Assembly (NCBI GenBank): GCA_963712115.1
Contig: CAVQGX010000037.1
Location: 32,001 to 96,000 of the forward strand
DNA from: an uncultured delta proteobacterium
Lineage (GTDB): Bacteria > Desulfobacterota > Syntrophobacteria > BM002
Length of the DNA: 64,000 bases
Direction of reading: 5' to 3'
Part shown: positions 49,301-59,929 of the stretch, in pieces
Numbering within the stretch: the first letter of the stretch is position 1
How the letters are laid out: each line of letters begins with the position of its first letter
Position numbers and translations under genes: made by a program
The notes under the pieces: model-generated
Databases searched by the model: none
What the model was told of the DNA's origin: nothing
What the model saw: the letters and a program-made list of their open reading frames with translations, nothing else

Positions 49301-50178
49301 TGGATGAAAAGAAAGAACAGAGAGCCGGAAAAGGCGACATCGGCGACCTCAGCCTCGACGATTTTGACACGGTGCTTTCGGTTGACGAAGTGGCGCATCA
49401 AGCCGAGAAGCTGGCTGCCGAGGCACCAAGCCGGCAGCGTTTGAGCGAACTGGTGGGGAAGGAACCGCTGCTTACCATTGAAGGCCTAAGGGCCGGCTAC
49501 GGCAAGATGCAGATACTGCATGAGTTTGATCTGCAGGTAGGGGTGGAGCAGTCTCTTTGTATCATCGGGCCCAATGGCGCCGGAAAGTCTACGGTGCTGC
49601 ACTCCATCTACGGATTCACCAACATTATGGGTGGGAACATCAAAATGGGAGGTAGCGACATTACCGGTATGAGTCCCAACCAAAAGCTCAAAAGAGCCGG
49701 TATCGCCTACATTCTCCAGGACAACTCGGTGTTTCCGGACATGACGGTAGAGGAAAACATGTTGATGGGCGGTTTCCTCAAAGACAAGCCGAGCCAGGCA
49801 TGGGAGGCTGCTGAAAACGTGCTTCAGAAGTATACCCGCCTGAGTGAAAGACGAAAGCAAAAGGCCGGTGTTCTCTCCGGCGGTGAGCGGCGCCTCCTCG
49901 AGATCTCCCGGGCGCTGATTATGGAACCGGAGGTTCTGTTAGTAGATGAGCCCTCCATCGGACTCGAGCCTCGTTTCATCCAGATGGTCTTCGAGATTCT
50001 GGATGATCTGCAGAATACGGAAGGCAAGACCATTGTCATGGTCGAGCAGAACGCGAAGAAAGGCCTTGAGTTCGCCGACATCGGCTACGTGCTGGTCTCG
50101 GGCCATCTGGCCATGGCCGGAACCGGCGATGAACTCCTTGAGAACCCGGAAGTTGGCCGGTTGTTTCTGGGCGCCTAA
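49300..50178 (+). CDS. HAAT ABC ATPase (LivF-like) with N-terminal extension
   Basis: GPNGAGKST, LSGGE, VDEPS.GL, VEQNA. Confidence 0.93.
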   Translation: MDEKKEQRAGKGDIGDLSLDDFDTVLSVDEVAHQAEKLAAEAPSRQRLSELVGKEPLLTIEGLRAGYGKMQILHEFDLQVGVEQSLCIIGPNGAGKSTVLHSIYGFTNIMGGNIKMGGSDITGMSPNQKLKRAGIAYILQDNSVFPDMTVEENMLMGGFLKDKPSQAWEAAENVLQKYTRLSERRKQKAGVLSGGERRLLEISRALIMEPEVLLVDEPSIGLEPRFIQMVFEILDDLQNTEGKTIVMVEQNAKKGLEFADIGYVLVSGHLAMAGTGDELLENPEVGRLFLGA

Positions 50179-50214
50179 CCTGGATAACTCACCACACTCG
50201 TCTATTTGCAAGGA

Positions 50215-51273
50215 CTAGACTGCTTCCGCAATCGCCGCGCCAAGTTCCATCGTTGTTGCTGTGCCGCCCATATCGGGGGTTCGCAGCGAAGTGTTCTCCA
50301 GTACCGTCTCGATGGCCCGTTCCACGGCAGCTGCAGCCTCTGGATGGCCCAGGTGGTCGAGCATCAGAGCGCCCGACCAGATCTGGCCAATGGGATTGGC
50401 GATGCCTTTGCCTGCAATGTCAGGCGCCGAGCCGTGTACCGGTTCGAACATTGATGGATACTCACGAGTCGGATTGATATTGGCAGAGGGTGCTATACCG
50501 ATGGTTCCGGCAATTGCAGGGCCAAGATCCGAAAGGATATCGCCGAAAAGGTTGCTCCCTACCACCACATCGAACCAGTCGGGATGCAAGACAAAATGAG
50601 CGGTGAGAATATCGATGTGGTACTGATCGGTCCGAACGTCCGGATACTCGCTAGCAATGGCGGCAAAGCGTTCGTCCCAATAAGGCATAGTGTGAATGAT
50701 CCCATTGGACTTGGTCGCTGAGGTGACATGCTTGGCTTTACGTGTCCGGGCGAGTTCAAATGCATAACGCAGGACACGGTCCACACCTTTTCTGGTGAAT
50801 ACCGTCTCCTGAACGACCATCTCTTGATCAGTTCCTGAATAGAGGCGTCCGCCAATCTCCGAATATTCACCCTCATTGTTCTCTCGCACAACAAGAAAAT
50901 CAATGTCTGTTGGCCCTCGACCTTGCAAGGGTGAAACCATACCCCTCAACATGCGTATAGGTCGCAGATTGACGTATTGTTGCATCTGCCGGCGGATTGG
51001 TATGAGAAGCCCCCACAGGGAGATGTGATCCGGTACGGTGGGAAATCCCACAGCGCCAAGGAAAATCGCATCATATTCGCGAAGTTGATCGATCCCGTCC
51101 TCTGGCATCATGCGGCCGGTTCGGGTGAAGGTTTCGCAGTTCCAGGTGAATGTGTCCCATTTGAATTGGATGTCGAAACGGTGGCCGACCGACTCCAGTA
51201 CACGAATGCCTTCAGGAACCACCTCTTTACCGATGCCATCGCCGGGGAGCACCGCAATCCTATAACCGGCCAT
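50215..51273 (-). CDS. Tartrate dehydrogenase / D-malate dehydrogenase (decarboxylating)
   Basis: GDGIGKEV, VPDHISLWGLL, RENNEGEY, SATKSNG, FEPVHGSAPDI. Confidence 0.92.
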   Translation of the reverse strand: MAGYRIAVLPGDGIGKEVVPEGIRVLESVGHRFDIQFKWDTFTWNCETFTRTGRMMPEDGIDQLREYDAIFLGAVGFPTVPDHISLWGLLIPIRRQMQQYVNLRPIRMLRGMVSPLQGRGPTDIDFLVVRENNEGEYSEIGGRLYSGTDQEMVVQETVFTRKGVDRVLRYAFELARTRKAKHVTSATKSNGIIHTMPYWDERFAAIASEYPDVRTDQYHIDILTAHFVLHPDWFDVVVGSNLFGDILSDLGPAIAGTIGIAPSANINPTREYPSMFEPVHGSAPDIAGKGIANPIGQIWSGALMLDHLGHPEAAAAVERAIETVLENTSLRTPDMGGTATTMELGAAIAEAV

Positions 51274-51276
51274 GCT

Positions 51277-52029
51277 CTACCTCCTCCTTTTCGTATAAGA
51301 GGATCTGGTCTTGACCCCGCCGAATGCTGCGAAACATGAGGACTTGTGCAATACTTCTATTTTTTCGAATCCTACCTTCTTCATTAATGCAAGCTGGTAG
51401 GTCAAACTTCTGGGAGAATCTTCCTTGTCAATGTAGTCAAAAACTCTTGTTCTATAGTCTTTTCCTCCTGAAGACTCAAGATATTCTCCATATCTTTCCC
51501 ACATTAATTCTTGTATGGCTGGGAGGTCGTGAAAGACCATATCGCTTATCCAAAAACTTCCGTTAAGATTTATGGCATTATAAATTTTCTTGAACACAAA
51601 TTTCCAGTCAGCCTCATCCCTTAAATGATGGAGCACAGCAGCTGCCAACACTATATCATATCGATCCGTTCCCAGTTCAATTTCTCTGACATCGCCTTGG
51701 AGCAGACGAATGTTCCCCGGTTTTTCTTTTGAGATTCTTTCTCTCGCTTTTTCAAGCATTGGCAGACTCAGATCAATCAAATCACAGTCAAGTCCATTTA
51801 AAATCCTTACTGTTTTAATTGTATTGTTTCCGGCACCGCAGCCAATATCAAGTAATCGCTTTGCATGAGGTGTAGTTTTAGCTGCTGCATGGGCTAACAG
51901 GTCCATCATTAACGGAGCATCAATGATCGCCTGTTGCCCGGTTTCCAAATTTGAAAATCGCTCTACGTCGTTATTAAATCGCTCTTTGATTTCTTTTATT
52001 GTGGATTTTTTTTCGAGAGGAGTTTTCAC
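51277..52029 (-). CDS. Class I SAM-dependent methyltransferase (CmoA-like group)
   Basis: LLDIGCGAGN, DLS..ML, AVLHHLR; AT-rich. Confidence 0.88.
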   Translation of the reverse strand: MKTPLEKKSTIKEIKERFNNDVERFSNLETGQQAIIDAPLMMDLLAHAAAKTTPHAKRLLDIGCGAGNNTIKTVRILNGLDCDLIDLSLPMLEKARERISKEKPGNIRLLQGDVREIELGTDRYDIVLAAAVLHHLRDEADWKFVFKKIYNAINLNGSFWISDMVFHDLPAIQELMWERYGEYLESSGGKDYRTRVFDYIDKEDSPRSLTYQLALMKKVGFEKIEVLHKSSCFAAFGGVKTRSSYTKRRR

Positions 52030-52382
52030 TTCAAATTACTCCTAAGCTGATCGAGTTTGTGAAATATTTAAAGGCGATCTGTTCAACCTCTTACAAGGAT
52101 GGCTATCAGACCACTCAGGGAATCTGGTTGTCTAAGGCACCACTGGTTAAGATCGTTTTGTGCTTGTTTTAGACGGTCTAACCCCTAATATATCTTGCCA
52201 AAAGACAAGCTTGGCCTCATTCACACAGGCACTTATAGCAAAAAATAAAACCTTAGGCAAAACGCTGGCAAATTCAGCATGTCCAGAACATATCATCCAA
52301 TCAGGAAGTAGAGGTTGTCCCACGATTCTGTCTGCTGTATGATTCCCCGATAAAAATTACATATTGATATGGGTGGTTTCGC

Positions 52383-53258
52383 ATGGATACCAAGAATCTT
52401 TCGGTAGCGCCAGACGCTTGGATAACCAGTATGGTGATTGATTTTGTCGCCACCTCACCTCTCAATACATTGGGGCTTCCTGGCGGTGAGGTCGCATGGG
52501 ATGCTCCCATTGTGGGCTTTTGCCGGGGTGATGATCCCATCTATCTGGAGTTCAAGAACCACATTGGCGATTTCTACTGGACTCCTCTGGAGATCTTTGA
52601 ACGCACCTTTACGGGGGTGAAAACGACCGCAAAAGATTTGACCGTCATCAGCTGGATACTGCCACAAACCCGAACTACAAAAGATGAGAACACCTCTCAG
52701 AAAGTCTATCCTTCGCTGCGATGGGCAGCTGCCCGGGGCTCAGGGGAAAAGTTCAATGTAGCCCTGCGCGAGCACGTCGCTAAGACTCTGGTTCAGGCTG
52801 GTGTGGAAGCGGTGGCGCCCATGCTTTCACCCTTCTGGTCCCGGCAAGCTTCTGAGCGTTACGGCTTCGCTTCTAACTGGTCTGAGCGCCACGCAGCCCA
52901 CGCGGCTGGCCTGGGCACTTTCGGGCTCTGCGACGGTCTTATCACCCCTGTTGGCAAGGCTATCAGGGCCGGTTCAGTGGTAGCCAGGCTGGAGGTTCAC
53001 CCCACCCCCCGACCCTACCGCGATCACCACGCCTATTGTCTTTTCTATAGTCATGGCACCTGTCAGAAATGTGTCGCGCGGTGTCCAGTTCAGGCCATCA
53101 GTTCCGAAGGCCATGACAAGGTCAGATGCCAGAGTCACCTGGAAAAGGCCAAGAGCTATGTCCGCAAAAAATATGGTTTAGAAAACAAGGTCGGCTGCGG
53201 GCTTTGCCAGGTGGGAGTGCCCTGTGAATCTCACATTCCCTCGCCCGACGAGGGATAA
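52383..53258 (+). CDS. QueG-like 4Fe-4S/cobalamin-fold protein
   Basis: SERHAA.AAGLGTFG, C...CQKCVARCP, CGLCQVGVPC. Confidence 0.85.
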   Translation: MDTKNLSVAPDAWITSMVIDFVATSPLNTLGLPGGEVAWDAPIVGFCRGDDPIYLEFKNHIGDFYWTPLEIFERTFTGVKTTAKDLTVISWILPQTRTTKDENTSQKVYPSLRWAAARGSGEKFNVALREHVAKTLVQAGVEAVAPMLSPFWSRQASERYGFASNWSERHAAHAAGLGTFGLCDGLITPVGKAIRAGSVVARLEVHPTPRPYRDHHAYCLFYSHGTCQKCVARCPVQAISSEGHDKVRCQSHLEKAKSYVRKKYGLENKVGCGLCQVGVPCESHIPSPDEG

Positions 53259-53346
53259 TACGGCGGACGATGGCGGGCAGGCAGACGCGATTCGACCCTC
53301 AAGCTGAAAGGTCATATTTTGACAACCTGTGACATAAGGTGAAGTG

Positions 53347-55920
53347 ATGGGAGCATCAACCGTCCCTGGAAAACCTGATTCCGCACTTGGAGGAGGTACC
53401 CTGGGGACCTTCGCTGGGGTTTTTACCCCGAGCATTTTGACTATTCTGGGAATCATCCTCTTCCTGCGGCTCGGTTATGTTGTCGGGAACGCAGGCCTAG
53501 GTCGCGCCCTCATCATTATTGGCCTGGCAAACGCCATCTCTATACTAACCAGTGTTTCACTTTCTGCGATTGCCACGAACATCAAGGTAAGGGGGGGAGG
53601 GGATTACTATCTCATCTCCCGGACCCTTGGTGTGGAATTCGGTGGCTCCATAGGGATTGTCCTCTTTCTCGCCCAATCGGTATCTGTCGGCTTCTACTGT
53701 ATAGGGTTTGCCGAGGCCGTGACCAGCTTCATTCCAGATGCTGGAAGATTTTTGCCACAGATCGTAGCTGGCCTCGCAGTGCTATTTCTTTTTGTCTTCG
53801 CCTGGCTGGGTGCAGATTGGGCCACCAAGTTCCAGTATGTGGTGATGGTCACATTGGCAGCCGCACTGATCTCGTTTTTTGCCGGCGGTCTGGCTAAGTG
53901 GGACACGGTAATTCTCCTTCAAAACTGGGTGGCGCCTCCTGCTGGTGCTGAGTTTTGGGTTCTTTTCGCCATTTTCTTTCCGGCGGTCACAGGCTTCACC
54001 CAGGGCGTAAGCATGTCAGGCGACCTCAAGGATGCGGGTAAGAGCTTACCATCGGGAACATTTTTGGCGGTGGGGCTGTCGATCATCATCTACTTCGGGG
54101 TGGCGGTAGTATTCGCTGCCACCCTGCCCAACGACCTCCTAATTGGCGACTACGGGGCCATGAAACGTGTTGCGCGGTTCAACTTTCTCATCGATGCAGG
54201 GGTAATCGCAGCCACTTTGTCCTCCGCCATGGCCAGTTTTATGGGCGCACCTCGCATCTTGCAATCCCTGGCAGGTGACCGTACTTTTCCTTTCCTTCTG
54301 CCGTTTGCCAAGGGATATGGCCCGACCGGCAATCCTCGTCGAGGTGTTTTGCTGTCTGGGGGAATCGCTCTGGGCACCATAACTCTAGGCAATTTGAATC
54401 TGGTGGCATCAGTTGTCTCTATGTTCTTCTTGATTTCCTATGGCCTTCTTAACTACGCTACTTTTTACGAGGCTCGGGCAGCCAGCCCATCATTCCGCCC
54501 TAGGTTTCGTTTTTTCGATCTGCGGCTCAGCTTCCTCGGCGGGCTAGCATGCCTTGGAGCGATGCTGGCAATTGATCTGGCGGCTGGTGCAGCGGCAACT
54601 GCACTCCTGTTTGCTATCTACCAGTATCTCAAGCGAACCGCAGGTCCAGCAAGGTGGGCTGATAGTCGTCGCTCTTACTACCTACAGCGCGTGCGGGAGA
54701 ATCTTCTGGCTGCGGGACTAGAGCCCGAGCATCCTCGGGATTGGCGCCCCCATTTGCTTGCCTTCTCCAATGACTCCCACAGACGCAAACAACTTCTGCG
54801 ATTTGCTTCCTGGCTTGAGGGTGGCAGTGGTTTTACCACAGCGGTGCGCATTCTGGAAGGAGAAGGGGTGAAAATGCTGAAATTACGTCAGGAGGCTGAA
54901 GCGGAACTTCGTGCCGACATCGCTGACTATGGTATGCAAGCCTTTCCCCTTGTAGTAGCCGCACCCAATCTCAACCTTGGTGTTCACACCTTGGTGCAAT
55001 CCTTTGGCATCGGGCCGCTACGGGTGAATACAATTCTTCTCAACTGGCTCGAACAGCTTCCCAAAGGCATTCTTGGCCTTGGGGAATTTCAATATGCAAC
55101 AAATCTCCGCACCGCCTTCCGGTTGGGTTGTAACATCGTGGTGCTGGACGCCAAGGAGGAAGAATGGATCTCCCTGGAGACTCTTTCCCCTGATGAAAGG
55201 CGTATAGATGTATGGTGGTGGGACGATGCGACCAGCCGCCTGATGCTTCTGCTTGCGTATCTGATGACCCGAAGTGATGCTTGGGGTGAGGCGAGGATTC
55301 GGGTGCTGGCTGCTGGTCAAGATGGGGAATTAGATGAAGAGGTGGAGGGCCTCAAGAAGATGCTCGAGGAGGCCCGAATTGAAGCGGAACCAGAGATAGC
55401 AGAGAACATGAACTCCGAAACTGTTGTGGAGCACTCCGGTGATGCTGCCCTGGTGTTTTTCCCGTTTCGACTGCGGGGGAATCAGCTTCTGGACCCATTT
55501 GATAAACCTCTTGATGCAATTCTCCCTCGTTTGCCCATTGTGGCTCTGGTTCTGGCTGCTGAGGATATCGAACTCGACGCTGAACCCGAAGAAGGAATAG
55601 CTGGAGAAAGCGCTGCAGCGCTTGATACTTTTGCAGATGCTGAGAAGAAAGCCCGGGAGGCGGAGAAGGAGGCAGTTGCCGCAAAGGAGGAGTTAGAAAA
55701 GTGGCTTGGAGAGATCCGGGCTGCCACTGAATCCGGCGCCAAGCATGAGGATTTGTCTAAGATAGAGGGTGCTGCCCTTGAAGCCGAAGAACGGGTAAAC
55801 AAAGCTACTCGGCGGGCAGCCAAGGCCAAGGCCAAATTGGAAGATGCAGCCAGAACGGTTGAGGCCCTTGGGGTAAAACCTCCAGAGGTAGACAAAGAGC
55901 CCGGGGAGACGCAAGATTGA
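53347..55920 (+). CDS. SLC12/cation-chloride cotransporter-like APC permease
   Basis: GVFTPSILTILG, GGG.YYLISRTLG.EFGG, FFPAVTG, SGDLK, DWRPH, DVWW; coiled-coil tail. Confidence 0.9.
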   Translation: MGASTVPGKPDSALGGGTLGTFAGVFTPSILTILGIILFLRLGYVVGNAGLGRALIIIGLANAISILTSVSLSAIATNIKVRGGGDYYLISRTLGVEFGGSIGIVLFLAQSVSVGFYCIGFAEAVTSFIPDAGRFLPQIVAGLAVLFLFVFAWLGADWATKFQYVVMVTLAAALISFFAGGLAKWDTVILLQNWVAPPAGAEFWVLFAIFFPAVTGFTQGVSMSGDLKDAGKSLPSGTFLAVGLSIIIYFGVAVVFAATLPNDLLIGDYGAMKRVARFNFLIDAGVIAATLSSAMASFMGAPRILQSLAGDRTFPFLLPFAKGYGPTGNPRRGVLLSGGIALGTITLGNLNLVASVVSMFFLISYGLLNYATFYEARAASPSFRPRFRFFDLRLSFLGGLACLGAMLAIDLAAGAAATALLFAIYQYLKRTAGPARWADSRRSYYLQRVRENLLAAGLEPEHPRDWRPHLLAFSNDSHRRKQLLRFASWLEGGSGFTTAVRILEGEGVKMLKLRQEAEAELRADIADYGMQAFPLVVAAPNLNLGVHTLVQSFGIGPLRVNTILLNWLEQLPKGILGLGEFQYATNLRTAFRLGCNIVVLDAKEEEWISLETLSPDERRIDVWWWDDATSRLMLLLAYLMTRSDAWGEARIRVLAAGQDGELDEEVEGLKKMLEEARIEAEPEIAENMNSETVVEHSGDAALVFFPFRLRGNQLLDPFDKPLDAILPRLPIVALVLAAEDIELDAEPEEGIAGESAAALDTFADAEKKAREAEKEAVAAKEELEKWLGEIRAATESGAKHEDLSKIEGAALEAEERVNKATRRAAKAKAKLEDAARTVEALGVKPPEVDKEPGETQD

Positions 55921-56080
55921 TCTCTGGGAGCTAACGCCAGCCGCGGCAAAGCAGTAATGGAATTCAGAGGCGCGTGGCCAGCCACATCTTGGTCAACAGT
56001 GCCCTTCGAAGTCATTCAATCTAACACCCTCCACCTGGTCAAGATAACCATCGAATACATTCCACCAGTATTGCCCAAAA

Positions 56081-56235
56081 AGAAAAGCCCCCATAAGAAG
56101 TGAGAGCTTATCTGTAATTCAAATGGCGTCCCCAAGGGTACTCCCCGTTTACCCCAGTTTTTTCTACGTCTCAGGCAGCATCAGAATGTTGTTGAGTATT
56201 ATCCCTCTAGGAGGCAGCGGAAACCATTGCTTCTC
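56081..56235 (-). other. tRNA-Glu 3'-end remnant plus degenerate terminator (att scar 2)
   Basis: Minus strand CCCTTGGGGACGCCA at 56124-56138; following ~110 bp homologous to 60915-61025. Confidence 0.7.
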
Positions 56236-56662
56236 CTAGTAATAGGTCTTTCAATTGGTATTTAGCTGAAGCTAATAGTTCGAAAGTTGACCCAACAGAG
56301 TTTATATTAAGATATGCTTTTCATGATTTTAATTCTGGTCAAGTTTTAAGCTTGGCAAAATACTTTCAGTTACTGTTCAAATATATTTCCCCCTACATAT
56401 TAGCTCAAAAGAAAGTTTTCTAGCCAAATTACCGAAAAGAAGATGGTGATAGTATTATGCTAATTTCTTTATATTGTTACCTCCCAATAATAATAATTAT
56501 AAATGACTTGACTTCCGCCAAGAAAGTGAGTATCATCCTCTCAATCAATAAAGGGCCGTCTTTATTGACGGCCCGGTTTCGTTCTGAGGGAAGATCCATT
56601 TGTCAAAAGTGGCAACCCCGAGTTTGGAACCTTGAGAATCTTTTTGAAAGGAGGGTGTCACT

Positions 56663-56863
56663 ATGACCAATGGAATTGTGAAGTGGTTTGATAGCCAAAA
56701 AGGCTACGGCTTCATTGAGCAGGAAGATGGCCCGGATGTATTCGTCCACCATTCAGGGATAAACGCATCGGGTTACAAATCTCTCAATGATGGCGACAGC
56801 GTGACTTTTAATGTGGAGCAGGGCCAAAAAGGGCCTGCTGCCGTGAACGTCACCAAGATTTAG
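56663..56863 (+). CDS. cspA: Cold-shock protein
   Basis: GIVKWF, KGYGFI, DVFVH. Confidence 0.95.
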   Translation: MTNGIVKWFDSQKGYGFIEQEDGPDVFVHHSGINASGYKSLNDGDSVTFNVEQGQKGPAAVNVTKI

Positions 56864-56927
56864 TTGGCGGTAACACGCTTATTAAGGGCATCTCGTCTAA
56901 GTAAGGCAAGATGTCCTTTTCATTTGT

Positions 56928-57128
56928 ATTTGAGCAAAGAAAACCTGGTCCTGTGGGCCAGGTCAAGTTTCAATGGCTTTGCCAGCAGAAGAGGTTTAAG
57001 GCACAAGGCGTAAGGCGCAAGGCATAGGGAGAGAGTGAGTTTTCTTTTATTGTTTTTACCTTGTGCCCTGTACCTTGAGCCTTGAGCCGTTCGCTTTTGA
57101 CAGCTCAAAGCCAGGTTCTTTGGGCCTG
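56928..57128. repeat. Heptamer-containing repeat element
   Basis: Reverse complement matches 2160-2218 and 2640-2750; the AGGACCAGGTTTTC end also occurs at ~28347. Confidence 0.8.
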
Positions 57129-57221
57129 AATTCTTTACTTGCCTTGCCAAAGTCGGGTTAAGCAAGGAAAAATGACCAAATCTGAAAATAAGACTATGAA
57201 AGGCTGGTTATTATCTGAAAG

Positions 57222-57938
57222 ATGAATCTCTTAAGCGGAATTACTTATAACTTGCGTGGTCTACGGCTGGGCATAAAGACCCCTAAGCTTCTTGTATTGG
57301 GGCTTATCAGGTTTGCCGCCGTCGTCATCATTACCATTCTTGCAACAAGCCTTATCCTTGTTTACCATGAGAAGATTCTGCATCTCATTTGGGCTAAGCC
57401 TGCAAGTCAATGGATTCTTTGGTTATGGTACGTCCTCTCCTGGGTGCTTTCCTTATTCCTAGTGGGGCTGTCGGCCATTCTTTCCTATCTTGTCTCGCAA
57501 ATACTCTTCGGTGTGTTCATCATGGATTACATGTCTCGAGTTACTGAACGCATGATGCTGGGCGAGGAACATGAACCGGAGAAAGTGCCCGTGTTGCGGC
57601 AACTTTCCTATCTTGTCAAACAGGAAATACCAAGAACGATCCTCCCAGTTTTAGTAATCCTTCTACTCATGGTTCTAGGCTGGCTTACACCCTTGGGCCC
57701 GGTGCTGGCGATCCTCTCATCGGGAATTGCGGTCATTTTTCTCGCCTGGGACAATACGGATCTTGTTCCTGCAAGAAGGCTTTATCCTTATAAGAAGCGT
57801 TTCAAACTCTTGTTGGATAGCCTCACGTTTCACTTGGGTTTCGGCCTTCTGTTCCTGATTCCTCTATTGAACATCCTTTTTCTCTCCTTCGCACCAGTGG
57901 GCGCCACTATCTACTTTATCGATAAGCATGACAAATAG
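57222..57938 (+). CDS. EI24/CysZ-like membrane protein
   Basis: Multi-TM; D.MS..TE, FLAWD..D....RR, IPLLN...PVGAT. Confidence 0.8.
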   Translation: MNLLSGITYNLRGLRLGIKTPKLLVLGLIRFAAVVIITILATSLILVYHEKILHLIWAKPASQWILWLWYVLSWVLSLFLVGLSAILSYLVSQILFGVFIMDYMSRVTERMMLGEEHEPEKVPVLRQLSYLVKQEIPRTILPVLVILLLMVLGWLTPLGPVLAILSSGIAVIFLAWDNTDLVPARRLYPYKKRFKLLLDSLTFHLGFGLLFLIPLLNILFLSFAPVGATIYFIDKHDK

Positions 57939-58094
57939 AGGCTATTCAAAGATCAGCTTTACGACTGGCTCTCCCTCAATCCTTCACAAGGTCATCTCTA
58001 TTTTTGGGTAAGCGGAAGTCAACTATTTAATCTTGTTGGGATAAAAGCGAAAATAGTCAATAAAGATTGGGTAACATCTTACGAGGCGATCTAG

Positions 58095-59270
58095 GTGAAA
58101 GACGAAGATAAGACAAAAGAGCAATTCATAAATAAATTGGTGGAGTTGCGGCGGCGGATTGCTGAATTGGAAGCACTGGCAGGCGAGCACAAGCGGGCAG
58201 AGCAGGAGACTCGTGAATACGCTGAAAGCATAGTGGATACGGTTCGTGAGGGTCTTTTGGTGCTTGATGGGGATCTGAGGGTAATTTCGGCCAACCGTTC
58301 TTTCTACGAGACATTCAAAGTGAAACCTGGGGAGACCGAGGGACAGCTAGTATATGACCTGGGCAACCGACAGTGGAACATCCCCAAGCTGCGAGAACTG
58401 CTGGAAGAGATCCTCCCCACGGACACAACCTTCGACAACTTCGAGGTGGAGCATGAATTCAAGATAATCGGGCGCCGAGTAATGCACCTGAACGCTCGAC
58501 GGATATACAGGGAGACCAACGAGACCCGTTTGATTCTCCTGGCCATTGAAGATGTGACCGAGCGCAAGCGAGCGCAGCAAGCACTGCGACAGAGCTCTGA
58601 AGAACTGAAGTTTTTTGCTTATTCGGTTATGCACGATCTTAAGAGTCCGGCTATAGGCATCTATGGACTGACAGAGCTTCTTCATAAGCACTACAAAGAT
58701 GCTCTTGATGAAAGGGGTAGGAGCTACTGTGATCAAATCTTAAAAGCTTCCGTGCATGTTGCGGCGCTCATTGAAAAGATCAATGTCTACATCGCGACGA
58801 AGGAATCACCTTTAAAGATTGAGAAAATAAACATAAAAGATATTCTGCAGATGGTTAGAGAAGAGTTCTCACCTCGGCTGGCTGTTCGTCAAGTAAAGTG
58901 GTTGGAACCCGACGGCATGGTAGAGGTCAAAGCAGATCAGTTGTCTATCCTTAGGGTTTTCAGAAATTTCGTGGATAACGCATTAAAATACGGTGGCGAA
59001 GAATTAAGCGAGATTAGAATTGGCCATGAAGAATCTGAAGAATTCCACACTCTTTCCATAAGCGACGACGGTGCTGGCGTAAGAGAAGGAGATTATGCAA
59101 GGATTTTTGCGGCCTTTCGAAGGGGCGAGACATATAAAGCGGTTGAAGGCGTTGGCCTCGGATTGGCCATAGTGGCCGAAATAGCAGAACGCCATGGGGG
59201 CAGGGTGTGGGCGGAGTCCAGAAATGACCGATGGACAAAATTTCATATATCTATTGCAAAATATTTGTAA
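58095..59270 (+). CDS. Cytoplasmic PAS sensor histidine kinase
   Basis: PAS (SANRSFY), HDLKSP, NALKY, DDGAG, GVGLGLAIV. Confidence 0.93.
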   Translation: MKDEDKTKEQFINKLVELRRRIAELEALAGEHKRAEQETREYAESIVDTVREGLLVLDGDLRVISANRSFYETFKVKPGETEGQLVYDLGNRQWNIPKLRELLEEILPTDTTFDNFEVEHEFKIIGRRVMHLNARRIYRETNETRLILLAIEDVTERKRAQQALRQSSEELKFFAYSVMHDLKSPAIGIYGLTELLHKHYKDALDERGRSYCDQILKASVHVAALIEKINVYIATKESPLKIEKINIKDILQMVREEFSPRLAVRQVKWLEPDGMVEVKADQLSILRVFRNFVDNALKYGGEELSEIRIGHEESEEFHTLSISDDGAGVREGDYARIFAAFRRGETYKAVEGVGLGLAIVAEIAERHGGRVWAESRNDRWTKFHISIAKYL

Positions 59271-59681
59271 TCTTCTTTTTTTCTAGATTTCGGACTTCTC
59301 CTCTCGGTGCAAAGCAGAATTCAGCAAAAGGGTTCAAGACCAAAACCGTGAACATGGGAAATTAAGATGAGCTAATTTCGATCGAGTCTTGAGTGCTTTT
59401 GGTATTATATCTCCTGCTGTCACAAACCAGTTGTTTCCGTTATCCTAGTTTCTGTCGTTCCCGATTTCAAATCAAGATAACCGCTTTCCCTTGTTGACAT
59501 AAACCGTCTGCTACCCTTAATATGGAAATAGCTCACATTTTCTGGTGATTTTCACTCCACTTTTGCACCTCTCTGCTCCAGCCGCTGGTAATCCCAAAGA
59601 AGGAGCGTGACATGCAAAGAATGGCCGCTTTCTTATTACTCTTAATTTCATTATCTCTGGTGGGTTAAAGGAGGATGAGCC

Positions 59682-59903
59682 GTGAAAGAGCAGTGCGAAA
59701 ATTGTAGGTTTTGGAGGAGACCTGAAGCTCAAGCAGAAAAGGCCGCTGGTAATTGTCGTCGCTATGCCCCTAGACCTTGGGGCTGCGGCTATGTTGGGGT
59801 GGACATTCGTGAAGATGAATCTATTGAGAGAAAACTCTATTCTATTGCATTGTGGCCGACCACCCACGGCCATGAATGGTGTGGTGAGTGGCAGAAAAAA
59901 TAG
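59682..59903 (+). CDS. Small Cys-rich protein (CxxCRFW...GxCRRxxP...WP...WCGE)
   Basis: GGAGGA RBS; motif style recalled from phage/MGE small proteins. Confidence 0.7.
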   Translation: MKEQCENCRFWRRPEAQAEKAAGNCRRYAPRPWGCGYVGVDIREDESIERKLYSIALWPTTHGHEWCGEWQKK

Positions 59904-59929
59904 TGGGTTTATCGTGAGCGGAAGATAGC

